Shown in pieces: positions 1 to 13,830 of a stretch of DNA of 64,000 nt. Both the position numbers and the translations under genes were made by a program. Position 1 is the first letter of the stretch. Each line of letters opens with the position of its first letter. The notes beneath the pieces were generated by a model. That model ran no database searches. It worked only from the letters and a program-made list of their open reading frames with translations, and was not told the origin of the DNA. This DNA comes from Macrostomum lignano (lineage: Eukaryota): positions 246,996 through 310,995 of the forward strand of contig NIVC01000704.1 in the NCBI GenBank assembly GCA_002269645.1, given 5' to 3'.

Positions 1-2310
1 TTGCAGAGCCTGGGAGCGAACAAAGTCCGCTCCGTTGGCAGTGTCGGGCGCCCCAGCGTCGCACAGCAGGCAGTCCACGTATCGACGGGTTCGGGCCTGA
101 CCCCGCCTGAGCGGACCCTGCAAGGTGAGCAGCAGGACGTCATGAACAGGTTAGGGGCAGTAGCCCTCGGCCCGGATCACGTGGCCCGCCAGTTGAAGTC
201 GCCGCCGGCGCAGGATGATGGACGGGCGCTGCAGTTTGGCCCGATCGTACAGGGCCTCGGTCCCGACGCTCTCGTCAGCTCGAAAAGCCGCCACGGAGCA
301 GCCCTGAGTGCGCCGAGTCCAGCTGCCGCTCCAGCGTAGCCGTCAGCGTCCACGTCTCGGCGTTGTATAGCAGGACGGTTTCGACCACCGCCTGCCACAT
401 CCGAGTCCTCTGGCGGTCGGGCAGCGCTTCGGACTGGAGGACGGCTCGGATCGAACAAAAGGCCGCCCAGGCAAGTCCTCTGCGCCGCCGGAGGTCCTCT
501 TCCACGTGGGGCACCAGAGCGCCGGGGTAGGTGAACCGCTGGCAGCGTGCGAACTTGGTCGTCTGCCCGTCTGCGCCGCGGCACGTCAGGTCCGCTGGGA
601 TGTCGGCCGGCACAGTCAGCACTTCGGTCTTCAGCGTGTTGACGATCAGACCGACGCTCGATGCCACCTCGACCAGCCTGTCGATCTGGCGCTGGGCGCC
701 TTCAACGGACGAGGACAGGAGGGCGAGTTCTTCGGCGTAGCCAAGTACGCTCAGGCGCTTTTCGCCATGGCGGCGACCGATGCGTCTGCGCAGCAGGAAG
801 CCGTCATTAGCCGAGAGAGTGCGGTCCGAAGCACCCAGTCCAGCAGCATCACGAAGAGGAACGGCGCTAGCGTGTCGCCCTGCAGAACTCCTGATGAAGT
901 ATCGAACAGGTCAGACAGGCCGTCCGCCGTCACCACAGCAGCTCGAGTTTCGCAATACAGCGCCATGACAGCGTCGATTAGCTGCTGGGGTACCCGGTAG
1001 GCTCGAAGGACAAAGGGAAGCGCGGCTCTCAACACCGAGTCAAACGCCTTTCGAAAGTCAACGAAGACAATTATCAGCGTAGACTGGCGGATGCGCGCCT
1101 CCTCGATGACACGGCGGAGTGCGAGGATCTGTGTCAATGTACCGCGTTGCGGCCAGAATCCGTTCTGCTCGTACCGCAGGTACGGGTCCAGCACCAACTG
1201 CAGACGATCGAGCAGCAGCCGGTCGAAGAGCTTCGCGATGCAGGACATCAGCAAGATCCCGCGGTGGTCTTCTTTCCGTGCTGTCCCTGCCTTCTTCGGG
1301 ATCGGCACGATGTGCGCGACGGTCCGCAGGAGCGCCGGCGAGCACGCGGTTCATGACGCCTGTGACCTGGAAGGCCACACAGCGGAGCCGCAGCGCTTCG
1401 ACTGGGACTTCGTCGGGGCCGAGCGCCTTGCCGCCTGATGTTTTCCGAACGTACAGCACAACGTCCTCCGTGGTGACTGGTCTGGTGCAGAAGTCCTCAT
1501 CAGCTGGGAGCGGCGTGTCCAGAGGGAGCGCAAAGCTGGCGGGCAGCGGCGACACGGGCGCGTTCACGATGCCGGCGAAGAAGTCGCGCAATTCATTCCT
1601 GCGCTCCTCCGGGGTGTGGCCGGCTGGCAGTTGGGGAGCGCCCCAACTGCCGGCCAAGCGCTTTTTGCGCCCCGTCAGAGTCTGGACGGCTGTCCACACT
1701 GCGCGGCTCTTCACGTCGGGGCCGGCTGCAGTGATGAACCTGACGCCGTCGTCGACAGCGGCCTGCTGCCGCTCGTCAAGAAGGCGCTCAAATGCGTCTT
1801 CAGCGTCGCCTGTGGGCCTCCGGTTTCTGCGGAGTCGCTCGATGTTGAGCCGCGCCTGCCTGATGATGGGGTCGCTCTGCCATACAGGCAGCGATTTCTG
1901 CGCTGGCCGCATTAGCGGGACCGTCTGCTCTGCAGCGGCTCGAACGGCGGTGCTGATGTCGGAATACTCCGCCTCGCGCTGGTCTCCAAGCGCGCCGACG
2001 AAGACACCCGCGAGTTGACGCTTCACGCGGGTGTCCAACAGTGCGCGATAGTAGCGCCGTGGCCGCTGCTTTGGCGGTCGGTAGAACTGGTCGCGGAGCC
2101 GCAAGTCGCAGATCAGGAGTCGGTGGTCTGACAGGAGAGCCACCGGAGCCATGGTGTCGCAGTTGGTGACGCGACGGCGCTCACCGGTCAGACTCTGCGA
2201 GTCCCTGCTGTGCTGAGCTTTGCTGCCGCAGCTGAAGCACAGCCGTCCGAGCCAACCAAGGTCATCCGCGGCCTGATGATCTGGCCGCGATGCCAGGAGG
2301 TGTCAGCACT
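1..2310 (-). mobile_element. Decayed non-LTR retrotransposon (RTE-like LINE), 5'-truncated: end of the AP endonuclease, linker, reverse transcriptase and C-terminus, with frameshifts and stops
   Basis: Minus-strand frames give LLSDHRLL (APE C-terminal SDH), KALGPD, HRGILLMSCIAKLFDRLL, YEQNGF, IIVFVDFRKAFDSV, GVLQGDTLAPFLFV, YAEELALL (YADD position), VETVLLYNAETWT and QLAGHVIRAE. These are split over ORFs 1058-2152, 751-1308 and 275-667. Boundaries approximate. Confidence 0.9.
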
Positions 2311-2329
2311 ATTTGCACGGGTGTGCAAA

Positions 2330-2955
2330 TAAAATGGCTCGAAAGTTTTACAAGTTATACAACAAGTCTCAACGACTGCGTGAAACAGCCGAGCCCTAAG
2401 CCCTTCATCCAGGGCCTCAGAATGGAGCACGGAGCGCACAGAAAAAAACGCGTCCCAGCTGGCCAGTCCTCGTCGTCTTTCACCAGGACGTCAAGAGCAA
2501 GTCCGGCACGAGGCCGCCGATGTACAAGAACCGCTGACAGCGGGTAAGCATGATTGCCTCCCCGAGCGGCAGAGTCTCAGTAGTTGATCTCGGCAGTCAC
2601 CGTGAAGACTAACGTCTTCCACGCGTTCAGTATGATGCCGACTCGCGATGCTGCATGCTGCCGTCAGAGGCCATCCAGCGGCCGCTGGGCGCCTTCAGCC
2701 GTCGATGAAAGCAGCGCGAGGTCGTCCACGTAGCTGAGAACGAAGAGCCGCTTTTCCGGGTACCGCCGACTGATCGTGCGTCTTCTGAGCAGGAAGCCCT
2801 CGTCGTCCGGTTTGGGCAGGCCTGTCCTCCAGCACAAACAGAAAGGCGCCAGATTGTCACGCTGCAGTACGCCTTACGACGTGGCCGAACTGGTCCGACA
2901 GTCCATCTGGCGTCATCACCGAAGTGGTCGTGTCCTGCTCGTGTCCTTCGCTCAA
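2330..2955 (-). mobile_element. Second, more decayed RT fragment of a related LINE
   Basis: Minus strand encodes TPDGLSDQF, GVLQRDNLAPF, LSYVDDLALLSSTAEGAQ and HSEALDEGLRARLFHAVVET, paralleling the RT C-half of the copy at 1-2310; several stops and frameshifts. Confidence 0.8.
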
Positions 2956-3414
2956 TGAAAGAGCGAATAAGAGTAACAATAGATTGAACTATTAGTAAAA
3001 ACTTGTACAGCTTTTGTTAGTTTTAGTAAGTAAACTATAAAAAAATTGCGAAATTCAGAATTAAACCTCATTTTTATATTTTTACACTTATAAGTCGACA
3101 AATTTTTTTTTGTTATAACAAGCTAAACTTTTTAATTTCGTCGTTATTTAGGAAATATCATATCCTCTCAAATAATAATTAATGCGTCTAACTACGTACG
3201 TATAAGCATATATGTTTTATCTGTTGACTATAAAAATACCTATTTCACTATTTATATAGTAGATATGGGTCATTTTGTCTTCTGTCTGTTCGTCTATTGG
3301 AGGTCCGTGCTGAATGGTAGATGGTTTGTCTACTGTTGTGTCTAGGCCCTAACTAAGCCTAATGAAAACAATACCCAGCTGTCCCAGCAATGAAGCAGTG
3401 AAGCATGTAATGGT

Positions 3415-3510
3415 GAGACAGGGACGCCCAACAAGAGACAGGGGCACCCAACAAGGGACAGGGGCGCCCAACAAGTGATAGTGACGCCTAACAAGAGACA
3501 GGGGCGCCAA
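3415..3510. repeat. Short ~20-bp tandem repeat (gagacaggggcgcccaacaa)
   Basis: About 5 imperfect copies visible. Confidence 0.8.
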
Positions 3511-4830
3511 AAAGCAGTATTTGCTGCTAATAAGCATCTTTTTTTACTATTTAGTGCTAGGCCCTGCTTTTGTTAAGACAAATGTGGATAGTCAGCAGTT
3601 GGAAGTTTTGAATATAGGCCTACATTTTGGTAGAAATTTTGCACAAAAAATTTATATAGTATAGTTTATATAGTTTCTCTGTGTTTTTTATAAAGAAAAA
3701 GTAAAAAATAGGAGATAGAAAGATTGCAATAAAAATTCATATAAAAAAAACAATGCAAAATCACAGTTAAAATTTTAAAATCTGCAGTTGAAAATGATGT
3801 CCAAGCTAAATTACACAGCTTGAATTGCCTTAATCAAATTATGTTACTAGTGCAGCATGTAAACAAACTATAAGTATAATAAATTGTTTCCCTTTGCTTT
3901 GAATAGGCCTATTGTCAACTAAATTATGCACAAATTAAGTAAATAAAAATTTAGTATGTAATATGTTGTATAATCATGCTAAATCAATCAATTAATACAC
4001 ATCACTGAATAGTCATTTTATCTACTAGTAGAAAATTTGACAATATACAAAATGACCATATCCCTATATGCCATGGTTACTATAACAATAAAAAATTACC
4101 TTAATTACAATATACCAAGTCTCATAGATCCTTCTATTTAATATTCAGTCTACAACCTGAATATATGAATTTTTGTTCCAAATTAAGTATTATATGTCCA
4201 TCATTAATTTTTATTACATAGGTAAATATGAATATTTTTTGCACCAAGTTTTATATAAATGACTAATCACCAACATTATTTTTATCAGAATGGCTACTAC
4301 CAAAGTAAATTATATTTAAAATTCTTATAGTATTAGGCCTAAGATATAACTAGTTTTTTATGATAGCCTAGTAGCAAATTATATTTAAGGAAGGCCTATG
4401 CATGTTGTATTTAAGTGGTTTTTATGGCTCATCGGCCTCATCCATTAATGGTTATCTATATAGTCTACATGACTAGAGTCTCATCTTAGAGGAGCTAACA
4501 GCATTATAGCTTTGATGCTATAATATTTCTTATATTATATTAAATGCTTTTAAGTGTATAAAGGATTTTGAATTGATTTTTATTTTCATCAAATGAATGC
4601 TCATTAGGTTGCTAAAATAATGACTTGAAACAGAACAGCTATAAAGTTAATGATATCGAACCCAGTTTTCATTCATGTTCATTAAAATTTTTGCCAACCT
4701 ACCCATCTGTTTTCATGCCTTCAGCTTGGCTGCCAATGAGTGCTCATCAATTCATCAGCAGGGACTCATACTTGCTCTGCTAGTAAGGAGACTTGTAAAG
4801 CAAAGCTATTCTTGTGCATAAAATTGCAAA

Positions 4831-7713
4831 ATGCGGGCCAGAATGGCTGCTGTGCCAAATCCCAACAGTGCCCATCAGTATCATCAGTACCAGCTGGCTC
4901 CCAAGCAGCAGCAGCCGACTCAACAATCTTTGCAACGCTCCGCACCTGGCGCCAGTCCGGTCTCCCAGGTGTCTGTAGCCGAGCTGGCCAAAATATTTGG
5001 TGCCAGACAGAGGTCGGCCAGTCTGCAGAGGCAGCCACAGCCGCAGTATCAGCACCAGCAGTATCCAACTATGGACAAGCAGCGGACAAACGCTGCGCCA
5101 GTGCCCCCAGCCGTGCAGCAGCAGCGGCAGCATCAGGCCATTCAGCAGCAGTTGCAGCACAGAGATGCGGCAGGCCTGTCGGCTCAGTCGCCCGGCAGGC
5201 GGGGCGGTCAGCGCACTCCCGTCTATGCCGACCCACGTGCCGGCAATGGCGGCAACAGCCAGCAGGCTCGCTCTGGCAGTCGCGGCAGCAGCAGCGGTCG
5301 CTGGCGCAGTCAGGAGAGTCTCAGCGAAGCGTCTCCACAGCTTCTAATGTCGTCTGGCAACAGCGGCTCGAGCGGGGCCGGCGGCGGCTTGATGTTCCGG
5401 TCTGTGCAAGCGGACCCGCCGCCCAGACTGTTTCCGAGCGGAGTGCCGCCAGTCTCCCAGGTATTGGCTAATTAATTAATTGGCCGTTCAAGCCTTACCT
5501 AGAGCTTTTCGTTTATGGACTACTGTATTAAAATACACTTTAGAAAGCTTTTTTACTAATTTAGTAATATCTGCCAGTTGAATTACAATCGTACCAGCTG
5601 CAAAACAGTCCTCCGATTCCAGATGCTAATTAATTTAAAAGTCCTTGCACACTCTATCTGACCCTCAGCCGTCTGGCGCCTGCGCCATGCCGCATTCCCA
5701 GTCGGCCAACCTTGGCAGCCTCATCCTGCGGCCCAGCGCCTTCCGGCCCGTCCGCATCGGCAACGGCGGCAGCAGCGGCGGCGCCTTCCAGCAGCAGCAG
5801 CGGCAGCACCCGGTGACTCCACCTAGCGGCGACAGCGGCTTCGTCGACGTCAGCGGCTACGGTCGTCGCAGTCAGGAGCCGTCCTTGTCACGATCGGCAG
5901 CCGTCGTAGACTGCGACTTCGACGTTGATGGCGACGGCGACGATCGTAGCTCGGCGTGCGCGGCCACCTCGCCAAGCGACAGCGGCCTGCTGCTGGCCGA
6001 CTATGAGAATCTGCTGCGGGAAAAGGATAACGAGCTGGCCGAGCTGAGGCGGACTATGGAGCAGAATGAGTCCGCCCTGGTGCGAGTATTCGAGGAGCGG
6101 CAGGGCGAGCTGGAGAGTCGAGTGAGTCCGCCGTCTCTACCTGGGTTTCTGGGTAGCTTTATTCGAAGTCTAAAAAACATTTCCCATATTGCTGGAGAGA
6201 CATTTTCGTTTCATTTTCCTTTCGCCTTCGCCCCGCCACAGCTGCGCAACGAGATGGCGCTGAACGCGCGCCTCACTCCGGCCGTCTCCCTTGGCAACCG
6301 GCGGCTTCGCCAATCCGAACAGGCCATCAACGATCTCCGGCTGCAGGCCCAGACGCACCTGGACGAGTTGCAGTCGTTGAAGTCGCAGCTGCGGACTGCG
6401 GAGGCGGAGCTGCGCGACCGGTCCGGCCGAGTGCAGCAGCTCGAAGCCAGCTTGGCCGCGTCGCGGGAGTCGCTGGACGCCGCCACCTGGGAGCTGCGCC
6501 GGCAGCGCAGCCGGCGGGCCAACGATAACGATGACAACGGCGTGGCCGATGACGACGCTGACAGAGGCGCGGTGTCGACTGCCGATCGGTCATGCCAGAC
6601 CGATGCGACGGCGACTTCTGGTGCTCCCAAAGACAGCGATAGCGGCGGCGGTGGTCTAGAGCAGCGACAGCAGCTGCTGGATGAGTTGGCGGCTTTGCGG
6701 ACTCAGCTGGAGGAGCAGGTGAGGGTCTCTGTGCCATGCTTATCTTGCTGACTGCAGCCTCCCCAGTGCACTGATGCTGACTGCAGCCTCCCCAGTGTGC
6801 ACTGATGCTGACTGACTGCAGCCTCCCCAGTGTGCACTGATGCTGACTGCAGCCTCCCCAGTGTGCACTGATGCTGACTGCAGCCTCCCTAATGCACTGA
6901 TGCTGACTGCAGCCTCCCCAGTGTGCACTGATGCTGACTGCAGCCTCCCTAATGCACTGATGCTGACTGCAGCCTCCCCAGTGTGCACTGATGCTGACTG
7001 CAGCCTCCCTAATGCACTGATGCTGACTGCAGCCTCCCCAGTGTGCACTGATGCTGACTGACTGCAGCCTCCCCAGTGTGCACTGATGCTGACTGCAGCC
7101 TCCCCAGTGTGCACTGATGCTGACTGCAGCCTCCCTAATGCACTGATGCTGACTGCAGCCTCCCCAGTGTGCACTGATGCTGACTGACTGCAGCCTCCCC
7201 AGTGTGCACTGATGCTGACTGCAGCCTCCCCAGTGTGCACTGATGCTGACTGCAGCCTCCCTAATGCACTGATGCTGACTGCAGCCTCCCCAGTGTGCAC
7301 TGATGCTGACTGCAGCCTCCCCAGTGTGCACTGATGCTGACTGCAGCCTCCATAATGCACTGATGCTGACTGCAGCCTCCCCAGTGTGCACTGATGCTGA
7401 CTGCAGCCTCCCTAATGCACTGATGCTGACTGCAGTCTCCCCGCCCGCCCCCATTCCGCAGAAGTCCGAGTTCGACCAAGAGCGCGCCCAATGGCTGGAG
7501 GAGAAGTCGCAGGTGCTGAACTATCAGAAGCAGCTGCAGATGAACTATCTGCAGCTGACTAAACGATCCCAACGTCTCGAGGCGGAGGCTCAGCAGCTGT
7601 CTGTGGACCTGGAGACCAAAGAGATGCACATTCTCCGGCTGTCCAACGGCTGCTCATCCGGGGGCTCGTCAGCCGCGGGCACGCTGCAGTCGCACAGCGG
7701 TTCTCAGTGCTGA
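4831..7713 (+). CDS. LZTS: LZTS/Fez1 (leucine zipper tumour suppressor / ProSAPiP1-like) coiled-coil protein; exons 4831-5460, 5669-6121, 6242-6718, 7462-7713
   Basis: All introns are GT..AG and phase 0. Contains SPSDSG, the coiled coil LREKDNELAELRRTMEQNE and the C-terminal Fez1 motif EFDQERAQWLEEKSQVLNYQKQLQMNY. An upstream acceptor sits at 4724/4725. The start could be ATG 4831 or 4843. Confidence 0.8.
6748..7435. repeat. Intronic minisatellite with 29-35-bp units (gcactgatgctgactgcagcctccccagtgt)
   Basis: Fills LZTS intron 3 (6719-7461). Confidence 0.95.
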
Positions 7714-9728
7714 CATTCTCATCAAGAGCTGTTGATGTGTATGTCTCGCTTGTATTATTTGTACATTTCATACAGCTCGTGTACTACAGTGTTGCAATGC
7801 TCTACCGCGGCGTGTCTGCTATTGCATGAACTTCTCAATCTCGTGCGTTTCTTTTTTGGCTTACTTTTTTGTTATTTTATAATGCAATTTCTAAGCTAGC
7901 TTTGCTTCTATTTTTCCTGTAAATGTTCCACATTGCTTTTTTCTCTGTTATTTTTGCACGAACTCAGCAATATTTATTGATAGTGCTTTTGATGATGGTA
8001 AAGTTTTTTTCCGGTTTTGTACCAATTTTCCTTGGCTTTGCCGCCGCCCTAGTCTGAGCTGATGCTGATCGCTGCAGTAGGTGTCGTATTTTCTGTTATT
8101 GCTATTGTGTATATGAAATTATTTGAGTGCAACTTTATCCACACACCTATTTGTGTGCTCAACTCCAGTGTTCGCTAATTGTCGGCTTAATGTTTTAACT
8201 CGAGCCATATCCAGCTTGCAATTTTTACAGGCATTATTATTATTATTACTGACCTAATTCCAAGCGGTACCAATGTACTTTTATCTAGCTGCTATTCCGG
8301 CCGGTCCAGTTTTTTTCTTCAAAAAAATTATCTCTCCAGAAGCTTTGCCGCTTCATCAACTAACTATTTCCCTGTGCAGTTGTTGATTCCCGCCAGTCTG
8401 CGCGTCTCGCTTAAAGTGTTTTTATATAAATTAATTTGAAGTGTCCTTTCGGCATCAATAAAATCATCTTGATTTACAAGGCAAATTTCGCTTTTCAGTC
8501 ATCATCACTATATATTTATTAATGCTAATTAATTGTTAGCCTGAGACCTGACTTACATGTACTTTGACTTGGCTGCAGGGTCATTGACCGGCGGATGCAG
8601 CGTGGTGGCAGAAGGAACCTCCCATTCCGCTAGCCCCTAGCAACTAACAATTTCCATCTACTCGTAAGTGATGTCTCTCAGGGGGACTCAGGGCGAGCAG
8701 CGGGATGCTCTCAGGCCTGCAAAGTTGGGGAGAACCCGCTTGCCCAAGGCGAGTGAGCCTGGCCCTGGTGAAAACCGAGCAATGGCAGATAAAGTGCTCA
8801 GCGCTTTCACTGCCTGAGCGACGCTTCTCGGGGACCACCTGACCCTGAAGGAAGCGGTGGGGAGAGAAGCAGCCATCCTGACTGCTCCTAAGTAAGGACT
8901 CAACGTATAAGACGAGAGTAGCATGGGACTGCCTGTGGATGCTTGGAGTCGGCTAACTAATGTATTTACATGTGAGCACCCAGCTGCTCAGCAATAACTC
9001 TGCAGTGGATATTAACGATCACAAGAAATTTCAAATCAATGAATGGGTGGCTTCCCCCTAGGGAGGAACGGAGGGTCTTCCTGGCATTCCGCTGCGCTGT
9101 TACGTAACCCCATAGAAGATATTGGCTTCTGTTGTCAATAGAAGAGCGTCTTGCCACAGGCCACCGGGGCTCCGGGTGTTTATAAATGCCGGAGCGGCCA
9201 GGCCCAGCAGGGGGTGGCGGCCATTGTGTGTATATTTATTCTTCAAGCCCGATCAATACAAGGCAGGGCATTTCCCTCGCTCTATTGAAAGGCTGCCCCT
9301 TGCTTGCAGCCGTCCGTCTCTCGTAGTTAAACTCTCCTCCATAAATCCTTACTACATAATTTTAAGCCACACTTGAGGCTTCAAGAATAAGCAAAAACGA
9401 AATTCTAATTGATTCAACATTCGATTCAGTCCAAGCAAATCGGTTAAGACGCCAACAACAAAGTAATTTTATATTTGTTAATGCGATACTGTAAAAATGC
9501 GAGAAGCCATAGCCAAGAAGGACGCATTTTTCCACAGTACTACCGGATCAGGTTTCCAAGCAAGACTTCGGCGGTAACTAGCAGAGAACTCGCTTACAGC
9601 CTGTGGTTGGCTCACACGCCGCCATAAAAGCCATCAAAAGACGCCAAGTTGAGAAACCTTGGCACTGTAATGAGAACTAGTAATAAAAGTGCTCAGAAAG
9701 TACACAGCGATGATAGCAACAAGAGAGA

Positions 9729-12047
9729 CTATTTAGAGATCGGAGCCTTCAGCCGGGCCACTTTGCCCTGCTGGCCGCTGCTCAATTTTTCCGTGGCCAG
9801 CTCGCAGCCGATGGACTTCAGCAGGCGGTGCAGCTTGTCGGAGGCCAGTCGAAACTCGGACATCAGGCCGGGGGTCTCGGTGGCGAAGCCGTCCAGCTGA
9901 AGGCAGAGGATGATCATGTGCATCAGCTGCTTGTCCTTCATGATCTTCGGCAGCGCCCGCTGCTGCTGTCCCGAGCCGGTGGTCATCTGGAATGGAGACC
10001 GGCTACTCGGTTACAAACAAGGACTTCTAAAAGTAGTTGGGCAAGCGATATCGACCGGGAAATAAATGATAATACGAAGGGATGCTCTTCTTGGACCAGA
10101 TTTGGCAGGTTAAGCACAGTTGGCCGCGGTTAGTACGCAGCTGATAACTCTATGCTGTCAATCAGACTGAGCTGCAGTTCACCCTGCTGTGATTGGGCAG
10201 CAGTTCTGAGCTGCAGTTCACCCTGCTGTGATTGGGCAGCAGCTCTGAGCTGCAGTTCACTCTGCTGTGATTGGGCAGCAGTTCTGAGCTGCAGTTCACC
10301 CTGCTGTGATTGGGCAGCAGCTCTGAGCTGCAGTTCACTCTGCTGTGATTGGGCAGCAGCTCTGAGCTGCAGTTCACTCTGCTGTGATTGGGCAGCAGTT
10401 CTGAGCTGCAGTTCACCCTGCTGTGATTGGGCAGCAGCTCTGAGCTGCAGTTCACCCTGCTGTGATTGGGCAGCAGCTCTGAGCTGCAGTTCACCCTGCT
10501 GTGATTGGGCAGCAGCTCTGAGCTGCAGTTCACCCTGCTGTGATTGGGCAGCAGCTCTGAGCTGCAGTTCACCCTGCTGTGATTGGGCAGCAGCTCAGGG
10601 CTGCAGTTCACTCTGTTGTGAAAATAACTTGCAAAAATAGATGAAGCTGGCTCGCATTGCCTCTGCACTGCATGCATATCTCCGCAACACCGGCCACCTT
10701 ACAGTGAATTTTGTAGTTTATACTGTTATTAATCTTTAGACATTATTATTAAAGACCTACAGCTTACTGACAGTAGGCAATATGAATTTGTGTTTTATTG
10801 GAAAAATAAGCAACAGTAGCTGTGTACTTTAGACTCACCAGCAGAGTGTAGTTCGCCAGCAGGTAGCTGCCAACCTCCTCTGGCAGGTCCGGCAGCGGCC
10901 CCTTTCGATTCACCATCTTGTAGGAGAAGCCGTAGAACTTGCGCATGCAGGCCAGCATGGCCAGCCGGACGCAGTGGCTCAGCCTGGCCGACGGCTCCGT
11001 TGGCGCCTGGGGCAGCCGCTGCAGCACCAGCGAGTCCGGGTAGGCGGCCTCCGAGCGCCAGGCGGCCCAGTCGGCGGGGCCGGACGCAGCCAGGCGCTCC
11101 GCCTCGGGCAGCAGGGCGGCCCGCAGCTTTGCCGGGCAGACTGCGTCCGGGCCATAGATTCCGGCCGGCTGAGTGGCCGAGGGATTGCGGGGCGGCAGCA
11201 GCGAGGCTGTCGGATCTCCGCCGACATCGCCGGCCGCTGTTGTTGCTTCAGCGGCACCGCCCGGCAAAGTAGTGGCAGCGGCTTCCAGTCGGCGGTTGGC
11301 AGCCGACACGGCGGCTTTGAGGTCGCGCGAGGTCACGGTGGCATTAAGCCGCTTGGACTCGGCGATGCGCCGCTTCTTTGCCGTGCTGCCGAACTCCTCG
11401 TACATAGCGGTGGCGGCCTGCTGCGCCGTGCGCTTCCGGCCGCTGGCCGCGGCATCGTCGCCGGCGGCCTCGGGTGCGTCAACGACGCACTGCGGCAGGA
11501 AGCGGACGGCGTCAACCGAGGGCGACAGGATGGAGACGCGGCCGGTGCCGCGGTCGCGGGCCAGCAGCACCAGGCGGGTGGCGAAGGCCAGGCGGGAGTC
11601 GTCACGTCCTGTCCACTGCAGGCCGCCAGAGGTGCGGCACGACTGAAGAATTGATGAAGAGAGCGAATACTGATGAATTTGTACTGTCAGAGGGCAGTTT
11701 GGGTAACGAAGGTCTGTGATATTGCGACTGGTATCAGTTTTGAGAATCTATTAAGAATGGAGGCTGTTGTGATTCTGAAGACTCCAAAAGTGGAAGATGC
11801 GGAAAAGACAATTTAAAAGCATTCTCACATAGCTCTTCTCCGTGTTGTCCGCGTCGCGGTGAACACAGATCTCCAGGTCTTTGTTTTCATCCGCGTTGAT
11901 CTGCGACGAGAAGTACGCTGTGATCGGGGAGAGGGTGGGAATTTAGCTGTGCTTGGGTACCAAATTAATTTGAGTTGCTAAGATTGCACAGACCAGCAAA
12001 GGCTTACCAACAGCGTATTTAGTCTTGGCCTTGGCCGCCTTGACCAT
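9729..12047 (-). CDS. POLR1E: RNA polymerase I subunit RPA49/PAF53; exons 12047-12008, 11917-11829, 11642-10839, 9986-9729
   Basis: Phases join 1,0,0 with canonical GT/AG sites, giving MVKAAKAKTKYAVAYFS... Motifs LLPPRNPSATQPAGIY, KDKQLMHMIILCLQLDGF and the terminal VARLKAP match my recollection of the A49 family. An upstream acceptor sits at 12104. Confidence 0.78.
10166..10615. repeat. 39-bp minisatellite in POLR1E intron 3 (ctgagctgcagttcaccctgctgtgattgggcagcagct)
   Basis: About 11 copies; the same unit occurs at 63393-63900. Confidence 0.95.
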
Positions 12048-12270
12048 TGCTGCTCGAATTGGCGATAGCTATCGGGTATGGATTGGAGCCGGCAACGGAG
12101 CGGGCTGCATGAGAGCAAACAAATTGAGTAGCTTATCGGGTGCTCGCATATGATGTGAATTCGTGATAAGAACTTCAGTTAGACTAGATGTCTACGTAGC
12201 TATGGGGTACTATGGGGAACAGAGAATTCTGCACCTGAATGTCACTTGTATGAAGTAATAACAACCTAAT

Positions 12271-12869
<599 letters not shown>

Positions 12870-12967
12870 TCGTGGATATCCTGGTTGAAAAAAATAAGAG
12901 TCAGCCAGCCAACAGTTAACAGAAATTTGACAATCAGAGCAGACGTTAGTTTGCAACGCGATGGCTA

Positions 12968-13007
12968 TTATTGGCTGTCGGGCGTGTATTATCAGTAAGT
13001 GACGTCA
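12968..13007. promoter_or_regulatory. Candidate POLR1E promoter elements: CCAAT box and full CRE
   Basis: ATTGG near 12970 and TGACGTCA at 13000-13007, about 950 bp upstream of the POLR1E ATG. Motif match only. Confidence 0.35.
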
Positions 13008-13440
13008 TCACCGATGCGGGGATAGCACTTCATTGGGAGAACTGAATAGACACGATATATATTTTAAGATGGGCGGCATGGATAATCATTCGATCAAAAC
13101 GCGGTCGCTCTTGGGAAGCAATTAACTCAGTCAGAATCATAAACTGAATCAAGTATTGACAGCGGCGGCAGGTAAAAAAGCACAATACAATAACGAAAAA
13201 AACTATATTTATATCTTATAAGCCGAAGCTTAAACAGGGACGCGACCGTGGATCATTCCATCACTATCTGCATAAGAAGTTTGTCTAATTGAACAAGTCT
13301 AAAAAACAGGATTTGAATGTTGTATTCATTTTATTACTTATCTACAAAGACACTTATCTTAGAAAAGATATCCAAACGGTATTCCTAAAAGGAAATTCTT
13401 AAGAAGTAACAGAATTCAATCATTTTCTCTAAATAGGGAA

Positions 13441-13830
13441 TCTAAAGGTACATTCCTAGAAAGGGAGTTTGGATGGGAGTCTAAAGGTACATTCCTAAAA
13501 AGGGGAGTCTAGAATGGGAATCCAAAGGTACATTCCTAGAAAGGGAGTCTGGATGGGAGTCTAAAGGTACATTCCTAAAAAGGGGAGTCTAGAATGGGAA
13601 TCCAAAGGTACATTCCTAGAAAGGGAGTCTGGATGGGAGTCTAAAGGTACATTCCTAAAAAGGGGAGTCTAGAATGGGAATCCAAAGGTACATTCCTAGA
13701 AAGGGAGTCTGGATGGGAGTCTAAAGGTACATTCCTAAAAAGGGGAGTCTAGAATGGGAATCCAAAGGTACATTCCTAGAAAGGGAGTCTAGAATGAGAA
13801 GCTTAAGGTACATTCCTAGAAAGGGAGTCT
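13441..13830. repeat. ~30-bp minisatellite with a ~61-bp dimer (aaaggtacattccta...gggagtct)
   Basis: Alternating unit variants are visible. Confidence 0.92.

Noticed and set aside
9098-9420. Possible solo LTR (TGTTACG...TCAACA with an internal TATA flanked by a 7-bp inverted repeat)
   Set aside because: No target-site duplication at any candidate end, no PBS, no adjacent PPT and no second copy in the window.
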